Under the pieces are notes generated by a model that ran no database searches, was not told the DNA's origin, and saw nothing but the letters and a program-made list of their open reading frames with translations. Of a stretch of DNA of 64,000 bases, positions 27,101-41,000 are shown in pieces. Numbering within the stretch: the first letter of the stretch is position 1; the number at the start of each line of letters is the position of its first letter. Source of the stretch: Laetmonice hystrix (taxonomy: Eukaryota); NCBI GenBank assembly GCA_965235115.1, contig OZ249445.1, forward strand, positions 7,936,001 to 8,000,000. The letters run 5' to 3'. Made by a program: the position numbers and the translations under genes.

Positions 27101-30100
27101 ACCTGATAATTATGACAATGGTACATGTTTCCAGTACTAGTCTACTAATAAGACCTCCGCACGCGGAATTATATAATTTCTAAAAAGAGAAAGAATTTTC
27201 GAGGGGAACTATTCTTGATATTTAATATTCAGTAGGCTAATATTTAGCGAGGTCGTTGACCTGACGGTTTGAGGTCACCAGAAGACGGCTAGATTTACCT
27301 GTCGTCTGAGGCGGAGCGACCACTGGCCGCATAGATCTGTCAGCAAACGTCGTGTGAACCCAGACCAGTGGGCCGCTGGTTCCCGGCCTGTCCTCGACCG
27401 TATGCTTAATATATAATCAGTTGCTGGGAGAAGTGCAATACGCCGCATACCGGCGTCCATACGGTCAATGTATCGATCCTGTAGCGGCTCGCCTGCCATG
27501 AATTACTGTCTGACCTACAACCTCGGCCTTTGATGATATTGAGCTATTGACCAGATAGAGCGGTGATTCAACTGTTGGGGTTATACCGTCCCGGCGCGGC
27601 CAACACCAATTTGGGCAGGTTTGGAAACAGACCATATACAAAGGTAGGTGTTGGATCATCCGACACCAAAGCAATCCGACGAGCAAAATAGGATTTACAA
27701 GATAATGTGCGGAAAGTTATCTGTCAATAGACCAAACGAAGACAAAACAAAGTCATTTATACACAAAAAGGTCATTAATGGTCTTCATCGGAACGTACGG
27801 AAAACATGTGTGTGTTTTTCTTTTTAAATGCACGGGCATCAGGCGTAACCCAGTTACTTTGAGAATGTCGTGAAAGAGAAAAGTTGAATAGTCCTCTAGT
27901 CTACCTACACTAGCACAGCCACAAGGCTATGACACACACTTGATCATACCAGCTGAGTGTTGGACACAAACGTATAACATAAATTTCCAATGTTTTTCCG
28001 GGCAAAAATGGGGGGGGGGGGGGTGTAATCGCCGAGCTTGCTATCTTAGAAGGGGGTACCAGCTCCTCAGAGGTTGAGAATCACTGATCACAGGTAACTT
28101 AGCGACTGGTAAGATCTGAACAGAATGGCTGTACTGGTGACACCTTATACGACATACGACACTGCCTATATCTGAAGACACATTGTTCAGACCAGGCTTA
28201 TTTAGCGATTTCCTACCTTATAAACCAGAGTTTACTTGGCAATATACCCCACATATATATCTCATTCGCTGGTTATTTTAAACATAACAGATTATCTAAA
28301 TGACAATAGCACGACACCAATACCTTATAAGGCCCTTGGTTATAGCGAATATTTCGTTCTCGAACACTAATATCTAATTACCAGTTTCGTGACTATGTTA
28401 AGATGTATACTGATTGTTCTGGAATACTAATATCCTTTCCTTTTTCTAGTTCAACGCCTCGTTCAACATGTAATGAAGGTAATTTCGCTATATTATATAA
28501 AACAGAAAAAAGACAGCAGGACAACAAAGATGACCACTGCTATAGGGCAAAGATATACTGACACGTACATTATAACCTAGCCTTATTCGATAGTTCGATT
28601 TGCATACTAAACCTCAATGCCTTTGTCAAGCGACAAATGCCCTTACTTGAGGCTAAAGCCCCCGGTGCCGACTATTCTACCACTGTACAGTGACCCTCAG
28701 TCGTGTCTCATACCGTGTCAGACCCCTATAATAAAGCAGTATTTTGTATTGGGGACCAACAGCCCACTACCAGAAGTAACCTGTCAGAATAACTGGTAGG
28801 GTCCATCATAATATACCGGCGTGCCGTCTGTTCATGGGCCACGTTGCCGGTGGCCGGATGTCGTATTGTTTAAGCAGTGCCCGCTGGAACTGGTCACCGA
28901 CTGCAAACCGTGGAGTCCAAGCCGGGTGAGCTTAGTCTGATGCGGCCATGTTTGCGGTGGATTAGCACGGCCAAGGAGAGGTGACAGCGCAAATGGCGGA
29001 CCCAGTCCGAGACGGGAAGGCGAATGACCATAGATTTCTCCCTAAAAGCCCAACGAGCCAGCGTGCTGTCGTACTGATGACCTGGTGCAATCCATCCTAC
29101 TCTATCAACACACAGTTGTAGCCATTACTTGCGGCGGGTCGCTTATAAATTACCTACACGGACGTGGTGTAGATCTAACCCGGTGGCCCTCCTCGCTGGC
29201 CCCAACTCGTACCCCAGCCTTTTACATAGGCTTCCAAATGGAGACAGTAGAAGGTTGCTTAATCAGACCACGGTAGTGGAATGACACATCTTCACATGAA
29301 TGCCCCAGTATACAGTAACATAACTTCTTTACTTATAATCAACCCTAGGTTCCTTTAGGCCAGTGGATGAGCAGTAACATAACCCGGGTACGTGTCTGGT
29401 AGATAATATACGTTTAGTCGTATACTTGAGTGCGACGACCGCGCCTTGGGTAGGATTAATTAGGAGAGGAGAAGCTATGTGAAAAGGGGCAAGGATTTGT
29501 TCGGAATACATCGAAAGCTGTCTTGAAGGCGTAGCCATTCTCTGGAAGGATTATGCCCGGTGTATACCTATACTAGTAGCTTATAGAGAGCTTGATGCAG
29601 ATCCTAATGAACTACTTATATTTCACTCACTTGTTCTTAAACTTATTTGAAGCCACTTAAATCCACCTTTTAATTTTGCGATAGGACGAATGAAATCTGA
29701 CATCATGCGTTGGTATTATTTGCACGCTCGATACTAGTAAAGTTTGCTGGCCCTCACCATCACAAGATATTCAGGTCGACAGAATGAAAATGCTACATGT
29801 AGTAATCAATCTTTCTATCCGTCTTCATCTATAACCTGATGGCTTCCTGACCTTGATTGATCAGCTGACCTGGTGACGCTTTTTGGTCGTTTACTCTTCC
29901 GTCAGGTCCCGGTTTCCTTTTAAGCTAACTTAGATAATGGATTAAATCATATTTCTTACTATATCAACAATTATTACTCAAAAACTTTCCAACTGAAGGA
30001 GATAAACAGTGATAATGTTGACAAAGTATCCGGCTAAAAAGAGAATTTACTCTAAAGCAGATACGTTGAAGACGTCAGCACATGTATATATGATTGGCAG

Positions 30101-31282
30101 CGCGGCCCCTGACTTCCTGCCTGTAAGGGCCCAGACCGGAAGGATGTGTTCCGTACATCAGGACGTCAATGATCAGACGATCGAACAAAAACAAGCGCGC
30201 CTTTATCAGTGGGCGCTGGTGCGAAATTACATCCCGTTTCCATGACTTATTCTGAACATACTAAATTACTAACGAGCCTTGCCTGAGACGAAGTTATTTT
30301 TGAGAGCATCACAAGTCGACACTCCGTTGGTATCAACAGAATATGCACAAGGAGTCATGCCGCAAATCACATACGATACCGAAATACATCTTCTCGCTGT
30401 TCAGGCTACCTCATCGGGGTTCTGTCTCCAAGGTACAGTAATCGGAGAGTACAGGTTAAATATGGAATAGTGAGACGTTCTATAAGAAATCAAATATATA
30501 ATACTCTGAATTATAGAGTTACAAGGATATCTGAATATAGTGTCATATGCATAGGGACTGCAACTATGATTGAGCAGTAGCAGCTGTCACAGCAATCAAA
30601 GATCTATGAATGGTTTCTCGGACATTACCCATTTACCAATCCAAAGTTGTAGACGCAATGAGTGTTGCTGTCTTGCGTGTCCTTGATGGTAAAAGAGCAG
30701 CACAACCTTTCCAGGGAGGTACTAGCACAGGCAAGAGACCCCCATGCATTGCTGGGAGCACTGATTCTGGTACAAAGCACCTGCCTTTCCCGGTTGAGGA
30801 GCAAGACGATAGTCGTTCATTCCAGACATTTCCTTTTCAAAGACATGATCTATCTGGTGGGTGGACAGCAGAGAGCCGTTTGTGTAGGGGAACAACGACG
30901 GTCTCAGCCAAGTACCACCTGACTGAGGATAAATGGTCGGTGTAAACGTTTGCCTAAGCTTTAGACCTAGGTTGCATCGCGAATGCGCACCAAATTGGTT
31001 GAATAGTATGGAATGGAATGGGGGTATTTTAGGCCTAAGCAATGAGTCTTGTGGATGTATGAGCCAATAAACGTGTGCTGTATGTGTGCTGCACGTCTAA
31101 ACACCACCAGTAGCTAGAAACCAACTAGGTGTTTGGTGAGTAACAGTTCCAACGTGTCATAAGCCAGCGTTATGGAGCCTCTGATCTGTCTGTAATTGCA
31201 CGGTGTGGAGCAGCTGCCGGGCCAGCCAAGCTGGAGTGGATCGGCGATTGCTGCGCCCTCTAGATTTAAAGTCGGGCTAAAG

Positions 31283-31612
31283 CCTCAGTCACACCGGATC
31301 GTACGATTTCTGGATCGTGCGATTGTTGGCGAATTGGCCTAGGTACGACCAATCGGCAGCGCGTGTGGACTGCCCCAAGTTGTAACAGAGGGGTACAGTA
31401 GGTTGACCAACTGTCTGACAAACCTTTCACACATAAACCGTTTGTGCGATATACCAGTGTATAATATCTATACAAATCTTGTGTAGAGAGATGCGCAATA
31501 AGATAGTAAGTTTAAAGAAACACCAAACTTATTTTTTTCAAAAATGTTAGTTACTAGCACCTCAGTCACACCGGATCGTACGATTTCTGAACCGTGCGAT
31601 TGGTGGTGAAAA
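31283..31612 (+). repeat. Two direct copies of a ~30-50-bp sequence (cctcagtcacaccggatcgtacgatttctg), probably transposon termini
   Basis: An identical 30-mer occurs at 31283-31312 and 31560-31589, with weaker similarity continuing ~25 bp. Confidence 0.7.
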
Positions 31613-34600
31613 TTCGCTCCTTCTCCGATTTGCCTGCGATTCTGGTGTAACTGGGGCGTAAGAAATGCAATTGTTGGGCATAGAATACAATTCAAGATTC
31701 TGATATATATGTTTGTTATGATAAAAATAATTTTGCCATTTGATAGTGACCTTCTCTACTGACTTTCTTCACTAAGTAATTTTCCCCAACCCCTTTGAGG
31801 AGAAATTCTGGGAAAGCTAGGAAGAGTGGACGTTTAGGATGATGAGGAAGATGTTAGGGTACATCTAGGATAGGATTGCAGGCAGGTATGCCAATCAAGT
31901 CTTGTGGCTGAGTCGTGTGAGAGAACTTTCGGAGGCAGCTCTTCAACAGTGTCCTTCTTTGGCTTGCAGAAATTGAGCTGTTGGGCGAGTGACCTCGATC
32001 AGTCAACATGCAGCTGTCGGACCGCCAGCAGAGCCGGGCTTGTTTAAACGGCTCGCCGTTGGAGGCGGAGAGCCACGGGGCGCGGTTAGAGGGATCATGT
32101 CTGTATTCCTCCGAGATCCCGATCGCTGCTCAACAGACGGCCAAACATGCACATCCTATCACTGTCCGCCGTGATGGATAACCCCAGGCTGCGGGATCGT
32201 GGCCGGAATCAGTGACGTATTAGAATTCAGAAACCTCATACGGAATGGCTGGCCAGGCAGGGAGCACCGAGCTGGCTGAAACCGGTGTATAAGCTCCCCC
32301 TGGCGCCGTATGAGGTAAATAATTACAGGTGCCGTTTCCCAGTGGCCCCTTGGGGTGACTGCTCCCTGGGGCGGGGATATATAACCGGCGGTTGCAAGGC
32401 CGGCCTAGTGCTGTATCAGTACAACAACCTCTTCAAAGTTTGTCCAATCATCTGCAACCCTGGCTATACAACGAGGTATGATAGAAAATAACAACAAAAT
32501 ATGATTTATGGAGAGTTTTGATGTTAAACCTACAATTCCTGATTAAATAACAATTTTATGATACAATAATAAAAAAAATGTAAAAAATGTATATCATATT
32601 GGTCATCATTCTTGTAGCAACAAAAGTAATGATAGGAAGACAGTGGCAGTAATGATAGCGATAGCGATGATAACAGATAGTCCTACAACATGATGTAAGA
32701 CAAATAATGATAACATTCCTAACAATGATGACGACAGTAAGGAGTAAACCACACCGCCTCATTTCCCTTAACCTACACCATCCTCTTTCCGTAAGTTCAA
32801 ATGTGAATGGTAAGTGGGCACTGAAAATGTTACTACCCTTGTGAACGTCAGTGCCCCTTGGAACACCCCTTCCCCATCCTTTCTCAACCACTTGTGACCT
32901 TCACATTCTCCCCCTGACCTACACCCTAGTGGACGTATCCTGTACCGCCGTCAAGGCGCCCCCTCCCGGGGGACCAGCGTACTGTAGGTGATTAGTTAAC
33001 ATAGTTACCCCCGTGCTCGCCATAACCCATGATTAAGGGGCGCCTCCACGCCACCTGGCGGTCAGCCAGCTCACCTTAATGTTGTCATCGGCATCTTTCA
33101 TTGGATGTGTTTCCTTCGAGATGACGGTCCCCATAGAGAGCTTTTAACCCCAATCACCCATCGCCTTATCCTCTTGGTCCTGCTTTCCTCGGCCATACCA
33201 GCCAACATGGTGCATTTAGATAGCCATTTTAAAACTATCAGCCATTGAGGCACTTTCAGGAAGACACGCCGGTTTAGTTAGCACCTTAGTTATGTGAATC
33301 AATGAAACAGGCTCAATGTGTTCCCGACCGTATGGAGAAAGACGAGGGTATGATGGCCGTCATCATGGTGACAGAAACGGTCCGAGGAACTTTCAACTAA
33401 GATATGCAACCATATCATTGCGCGTACAGCGAACCTATTCTTCCTCGGACTCATTACTGATATTAACAATCGTGTATTCTGTATAATGGTAAACAATAAA
33501 CTATAAAAAGTTATTTTTAAAATGGATACAGATTGAAATTCCGCCCTTATTTTAGCATGAGGAACCAGAAGTATGTCTACCACGCAGCAGTCAGAGAGGC
33601 AGTGAGTAGTACACAAAAAGAGCCGTCTGTATCAGGGCCCATGGTTCGGATTGAGTGGCAGTCAGTGGCAGACTGTCACACTGGTATCAGAGGGTTACGG
33701 ATAATAAAACTGGAGGTGTTCATCGAGTGCCCTGATTATCACCGCCGTGTCTGACCCCCGAGTCCAGCTAATAGGGCGTGAGACTGTCAGTCCGTGACTG
33801 CCATGAGACTGTCCGCCTGCCGCCCTGACTGACAGGACATGGGTCGTGTCCTTACTCAGGTGGTCCATCACCGACAGGTCTTATCGCTGCTGTAGGCAGT
33901 CATTCATGTGGGGCCCACGTAAAGCTGGCAATAAAGACTTGTGACAGCTGGGTTAACATCTCTGTATCGACTGACCACTTTCTAGATGAAACACACAGAT
34001 CCCCTTGCCGGCTCCATGTCCTGGCAGTGCAATATTCAGGTCACATGGCGACTATCTCCCCCACCTGCCTAATGAGGGTCCAGTGATTGGGGAGTGTGGT
34101 GCTGATTCCAGTCGGCGAGTCGGCCAGAGACCCGCCATACATCTGATCGTCTCCAGACAGAACTCTGGCTTGTGTCACTGTCCCAGTTTTTATCTCAGTT
34201 CCAGGTCGGATTTATTTTCTATCCACCTAACTCCATTAGTTGCAATAAATTGGACTATTCTAAACGGACCGTTTGTAAAAATGAAAATAAATCACAAAAA
34301 CTCCAAGAGAAATCCAAACCCGTGAGGAAATTGGTCTCCTGGATTTCTAGAAAATAACGAAAATAACTGTTTGGATGTGCTAAGAATTGCTATTGAATTG
34401 AGAAACTCAATTCGACGTCCTTGAGAAACTTTCTTTCCATTCATCTTACTTGCTTCATTTCACAAACGGGGAACCGAGATAGACCCGTTCAGCACCTAGG
34501 TTCATGGTATTATAAAAAGTGGACTTCCCTATCTTTAGTCCTTTATTGCAAATCCTGACACCGTAGCTTAATTAATCAGATCGTCCGCCCTTGACCGTCC

Positions 34601-37157
34601 TTGGCCCAGATGTTAATGGAAATGGACAGGGTAATACATGACATGACGTGAGCACCACGTCACGGCCCTCTAAACTCTGTGATCATGCAAGACTTACGAT
34701 TGCAGCAAGCGGACTTCCTCCATTCGGAGCGGGAAAGCTTAACGCCGTATGTACGTCATGTAAATGGGTCCCCTAAGAGCAGTGCCGGGTTTGTGTTGAC
34801 GTAAATCCCCCTTGATTTATGTCTGTCCATGGACAATTGCCAGCTGTCAGTCCAAACCAGGCTTGCTTTACTCATACAAATGAAGGCGGGTAAGGGATGC
34901 TCCGGAATTTGGCTCGTTCTACGCAGCGTCGACAATATAGCTCACAAGGCCATAAGCCACACTGTATTGTCTTGCCACCTGGGTGGCAACTGGGCTGGTT
35001 TTCCTAGTTGCACTTATTTGCATGAGTATATACAGCCGCCTGACAATTGTGGCATTTACTGGTCAACACCACTCCGTAAGGATCAGATGTTGTCATAAGG
35101 TTCCTATAGTTGAGTTAATATTTCAACCCTATTGTACCTCCCTATTTCCCGATATGCCCCCTGTCTCCCTATCTGTTTCCTCCTGCCACACCTTGTGTGA
35201 TCTATTTAAGTGCCTATTGGAGGCAAGAGCACCGAGTGAGATTACGTTTTCAGAGGAAAGTCTCTCTTGGTTTCTCGACGTTCTACCCTCTGAAGCATGA
35301 CCAAACCTCTGGCACGTCATGGGGACGTGCGCTATTCCCCGTGATAGTAAATGATTGAGCACAAGGAGCAGACATTTGCCGCCAGCCCTCTCCCTCCAAA
35401 TTCTCCACGGTACGGGACAGATGGCCACAGGTACATGTAGCTAATTTTCGCCAAGAAATTGGTGCTGGGAGTCATCGTGTCGTTTGTCAAGTGCCGCTTA
35501 CTCGTGGGACAGAATCTGCCCACCTTGTAGGCACGCGTGGGCATTGTCTATGCGGTCAGCCACTGCCACGCTGCGATGTCCTCTCAGCAGTAAAAGCCAG
35601 GCGATTAGATTTCTACGTTCATATATTTATCTCAATTAACTAAAGAATATAACTTTCGCACTCTGGCTTTTTTTGACATTAATAACATACAAAATCGACG
35701 ATTCTTTCTGCAATCCGGTACATATACATTAAGATCATCATGAGCGTTCAGCTAACAGATCTATCAAGTGATGGATCTATCCGTACGCTGAAGATTAGGT
35801 TACGAACATCAGCTTGTCTCTTAGCTATCCCAGGGAGTATACCTAGCAAATTAATGTAGATAGGCCTGTGATACATGGAGCATGGAAGAGAGATCAAACA
35901 TGGATTATCATCCTTATAATCCTTTATAGGGGTAGAACTTAGGAGATCAATGGCTTGAAGGCATTTAAGATTAGCCCCTCTCCCCATACAAACATTTAGA
36001 AGCTGGCAAGGAACTACGTATATTGTAACACTGGGTGACACAGGGATGTTGAGTATGGACCAAACTGAATTAATGACCTTCATGACCAGCATAACGGGAT
36101 AACAGTGGAATATCCAACATAGCAGCCAGGATATTGAAGAGACTTATATTAGAGAAAAAATCTCTCATTTTATAAGCAACACATCTAAAAAGAGGAGGAC
36201 CACTGTAATACTCAATTAATATATACATGTACGTGCTTAGAAGTGAAGTTACTTCAGTTGTGGCATACGTCTCGTGGCGAACAGCTGAAGGTCATCAGGG
36301 AAAACAAAAATCGTTCAAAATATTCACGTCTGCGTCCCCAAGTGAGTGAACGCGGTCGTATTTTGAGAATAACGATGGGGAGGACGATTTCAGCGCGGCA
36401 AAACGACTCGAGTGTGGCGCTCGCCGCACGTGAGAATGCAATATGACGCGGACGTTGGCCGCTTAATGTCTGGCGGGATCTCACCATTCAGGGCAGCACG
36501 CCTCCTGGGCAAATCGCCGATGGCACATTTTGGCGAACTCCATTACAATACCAAATACCACCTTGTCCGCCGTCTAAATAAGACATTCAAGGCGCTGGAA
36601 GACCAAGGGGCGAGAGATACTTGACGAGAGATTGCAAGATTCCATGTGTAAGATATGGGTCTGGGCAGCAATTGATTTCGTGGCATGGAAAAGGCATTAG
36701 CGTCGCGCAAAACCAGCGCCGCAACGACAGCCGGGGTGTGTCCTTCCACAATGGTTTTTGTTGGCGTTAATACCAATATGGGTGAAATATGACTCTCAAG
36801 ATATTCCTTATTCGAAGTTAGTGTAAATCAAATGTTCCGACAGCTCGTAACAGACTATTGTGGTCAGGGAAACGGACGACGTATTAGATTATCGTAGCAA
36901 TCAATGATTGTTTTTCATATGTCGCAAACAATTACATGAAGGGTGAATACAGCCCGATTATGTCAGCCTCAAAAGTTGGACCGTTAACATTAGCTTCAGT
37001 TTCTTCTATGGACTGGTCGTGAGGCCCGGAAACAAGAAAACACGCCACTTTTGATTCAATGTATTTTGGCATTTTATAATTTTATATTTTTACAGGATTT
37101 CGCTGATCGCCTTAAACCGATAGGCGTGCATCCTAACCAGAAAAACACCCTTTCCTT

Positions 37158-37192
37158 GAGCGAGAGGGAGGAAGAGACAGAATGAGAGAGAG

Positions 37193-37257
<65 letters not shown>

Positions 37258-37268
37258 GCGAGAGAGAG
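37158..37268 (+). repeat. (GA)n microsatellite
   Basis: Long pure GA run (~37195-37247) with degenerate flanks. Confidence 0.95.
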
Positions 37269-37925
37269 GGGGGAACGACCTGTCCGACCATGTAGTCAAT
37301 AGATAGCTACTAACTCTACCTTTTCTTAATACCTCAAAATTCTCGGGAGAACAAAAGGTATGTTTATTATCGGTTCTCGGGTGTGGTTGATTATCTGCGA
37401 GGTGGCCCGATCAAGCGGATCGGCTGGGTTGACCAGTGACCACAGGGAGAGATGACCCCCGTCTCAATCAGTCGGCTCGCTCAGACTGACGTTCTCAGGC
37501 CGGACACCGCACGTTCGTACACGTACAGTCGTGACGGAAGGCACGACCTGATAGATCGTAGTTTGAGCTCGGCAATAGCGTCCGCACCGCAATAAATGGG
37601 ATGGCTCGAGTAAATTGGCTTGGTGGGACGTGAACATTAAGACAATAAATCGCAACTGTCTGGATGCCCGTATGTTGTCACGTGATAAATGAGGAAGCAA
37701 ACATTTGACCGCCAGCCGGCGACACTGTAACCCTACCATCACTATCAGGGTCGTCCCACAGCAATAGCTCCTATACACACACATGGCATCAGTTCTCTTC
37801 TATAACCAAACAGGTTTTCACAACAATGAAGGCACCATTATGTATATACCGACAGATGGGTTTCATTCCCCTATGTAGCCTCTGTTAACTTTTAAAATAT
37901 ATCTCAATTATTGTCACACACGTAC

Positions 37926-38098
37926 CAGGGACCGCGGAAGCGGGAGGGGGGCCTCAGTCCCCCCTTTCTTTTCTGAAAGCCCTTTTTTAAAATACAAGTT
38001 TTTCTAAATAAAAAAATCTCCAATAGTATTTGCGGGCCATCCCAAACTGCAGCTCCCCCCCCCCCCCCCCCACTGTCGAAACTGTTCCGCGGTCCCTG
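37926..38098. mobile_element. Non-autonomous DNA transposon (MITE), 173 bp, 14-bp TIR, 5-bp target-site duplication
   Basis: Termini are cagggaccgcggaa and ttccgcggtccctg. CGTAC flanks both ends (37921-37925 and 38099-38103). There is an internal poly-C/G tract. Confidence 0.85.
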
Positions 38099-41000
38099 CG
38101 TACACACTTACCAGAACTATTACATACGATGGTCTCTGGGAATATGCTTGGCTTATGAGAGAAGACAATATATATATATGTGATTTACATCATATATGTA
38201 TGAAATAAATATCTATATGGAGGTTATGCACACGACAGATCTCTTTGATCTTTTAGAGGAGATTCCTCGGACCTGGCCAGTCTCCAAATACAGAATTCGT
38301 CGCTCTCTAATTAGACGTGCAATGAAGGGATGATAACCCCTTTCCTCGTCTCAACAAATCTGCCATGGCTCGCTGCCAGTGTTTTTGCAACAATATTACC
38401 TATTGGTTAAGGAAAAAATATAGACATGCCGTCCAAACCTTTGATGTACATTTCCACGACTCATAAAGTTCAGTGCACATCTGCCAATTGACGTACACGT
38501 CCATGTCTCCCAGGCCTTTCATTTTTGCCCGGCATCCTTTGTTCGGTATGTCCGGCACCAAACATCTTTTCAATGAGTAAGAATATATCTAATCGTTTCG
38601 ATCGTGAATGCTTCATACCGTATAATGGGCGAGTAATACAGCTATTCATTCCTGAGCATTATCCCTCAACGTATATATAGCAATCAATGAGCTTAAAACA
38701 TCTCAATATAAGGGCTTTATATGCCAAAGGTCAAGAGTGAAAGTTAAGGTATGGACGGTATAGTAATTTGTATATTTAAGGATGACCATTAGGCGAACAA
38801 ACGCCGATAAGACCGTTTTGGGTCTTATTGAACGACCGTCACGTTATACCGGTCCATCAAGTGCCAGCCCTTCTAACAGTGGAAGTGTGCTCCAGCTAAG
38901 CAGCCCTACACGCCTCGTATCCTCGAGAAAGAAATTACTTCTTGAGGTCTTTAGAAGGTGAAAGGTAAAAATGGATGAAATCATTTTGGCAGCGATCCAC
39001 GGACGGCGGTAGAGATGCCAACTTTGGAGTGCTCTCTCGAAGTTTGATTGCAACTTTGACTAACTGCGTTTTCTTCGATTTCCTATACGGTAATTGGTAG
39101 TATTCCGGCGTGGCTCATTATAGGACGGTTGGAGGTTGGGCCCGGCAGCGGGATAGTGGATCCCTGGAGAGATTTACTCTACAGCTCTATGAATAGAACA
39201 AGAAAGCCTGGAGAACACCGATCCATAGCTATTACCAGATACATATCTTATTTTCTGAGCTTCCTTTCCAGACAAGTCTCATCCTTCCTCATTTCACAAC
39301 TCATCTAGCCCTCATTTTTTACTACAACGCATCATAGATTTATGACCACGTCCTAGTAAACATGCACTTAGCATTAACTAAAGGGATTTCTATGTGTGCT
39401 ACTACAAACGAGTGACACACTTGTCAGTTGGCGGTAGACTAGTCGACCTTCACATTTACCCCACATATTTTTAGATTCGGTATCTATTTTTCTATTGTTA
39501 AGAGGACACACTATATCTATATGACCCCGGTCACTCTCTGGGTTAGGTCTCCTATTTCATCGGTTTGACAGTTACAGGGGCAGTGTATTCGTGTCGAAGA
39601 GGGTGGCGCCCCCTGGATATCCCGCCCAAGTCGGTTTCATAACCTACTCCGCTCACCTATAAGAACCTATATAATCGGTTGTTGTGTCACATGACCAACA
39701 CAAGGTCCCCTGTAGGGAAAGAACAAGAACATAAACACTCGAGGCGCCTCTACAGTAGAGTACAGTAACTAAAAATTATTACCAGATCAATTGATATTCA
39801 AACTGACAATATTAAAATGGTTTGAAATTGAAGCTGTCGGTCGAGATCGGACGAAGATACAAACGCTCAATTACCAAAACTGTCAATCAAAAAAATCTAA
39901 TTTCCGACATACTTCGTACGTGGTCGTACGAAATCGGTCTGTTTAAAAAAACGGATGGAATTCGGTCTGTGGATCCCAGATTTTAGAGTTATACGGGGGT
40001 CGGATTGGTCTTTTGGTCATTGCCTCCGACTCTTGGTTCATGCTCCCCTCCTGTAGACACCTTTGTAAATGAAGATTACTTAAATCAAAAACATGCTGTG
40101 AGAGAATCTAACACCACCACCAATCAATAATTACTTTAATTCTAATGGGACCCACCACGCCCACATGTTTCCCGTCATAATAATAATTATGTGACAATCA
40201 AAACAAATCTATCTAACGCATGTATGGGGTTACAATTAAAGTAGACCAGCATTATCTCGACAGATTGATTTGATATTTCAGACAAGTTTCAAAACTTATC
40301 GGTATTGACCTGATGGTTGTGCTGTGAAGAGGCGTCTCCTGATGTAGCAGACATTCCCACGCCGATTGTGCCGATAATGTACTGAAATGTAACATCGTTG
40401 TAAAGGGAAATGGTCATCGGAACCCGCGCGACGCATCTGTGAAATAAACGACCGGTAACAACCGACACTGATAGCTTTGAAATTGCGTTCCCGAGTTGCA
40501 TCCTTTGGGACGACGCCCAGATGTCCTGGAAACGAATAGCACGCGTTTAGGCTCGCCATATAGGCGGGGTCGACCGGTCGTGGGCTCTCCGAGTTGTATT
40601 TTCCCGCTTGGTGGTACTAAACAAAATGTCGCCTGACATGCAACGTCGACCCTTTCCAATGCGGCAGTGCCGCCACCTAGCCGTGGGGGAAATAACTCGC
40701 AAAAATGCGTCGTGTGAACACTGCCAAGGAGTGTGAACACCAACAACGGAGGAAAGAGACATCCTAATGAATGACGTGGCATGAGTTTGTTGGCAGCAAA
40801 TGTGCGATTGTTGCGCCAGTCAGCGTATTGGTGGTCTGTTTCAGACATCATTCATTCATAGCTACACGTAAGAGCGGCGGCCGCCGGGGGCCGTTTCTCG
40901 GAATGGGCCATCCTCCAGTAGCTGACTGTACAGGGACCTCTGCAGACGACTCTCATGACTGCAGACTTTGGGGCAACAGACCGGTACCTATATATCCCTA

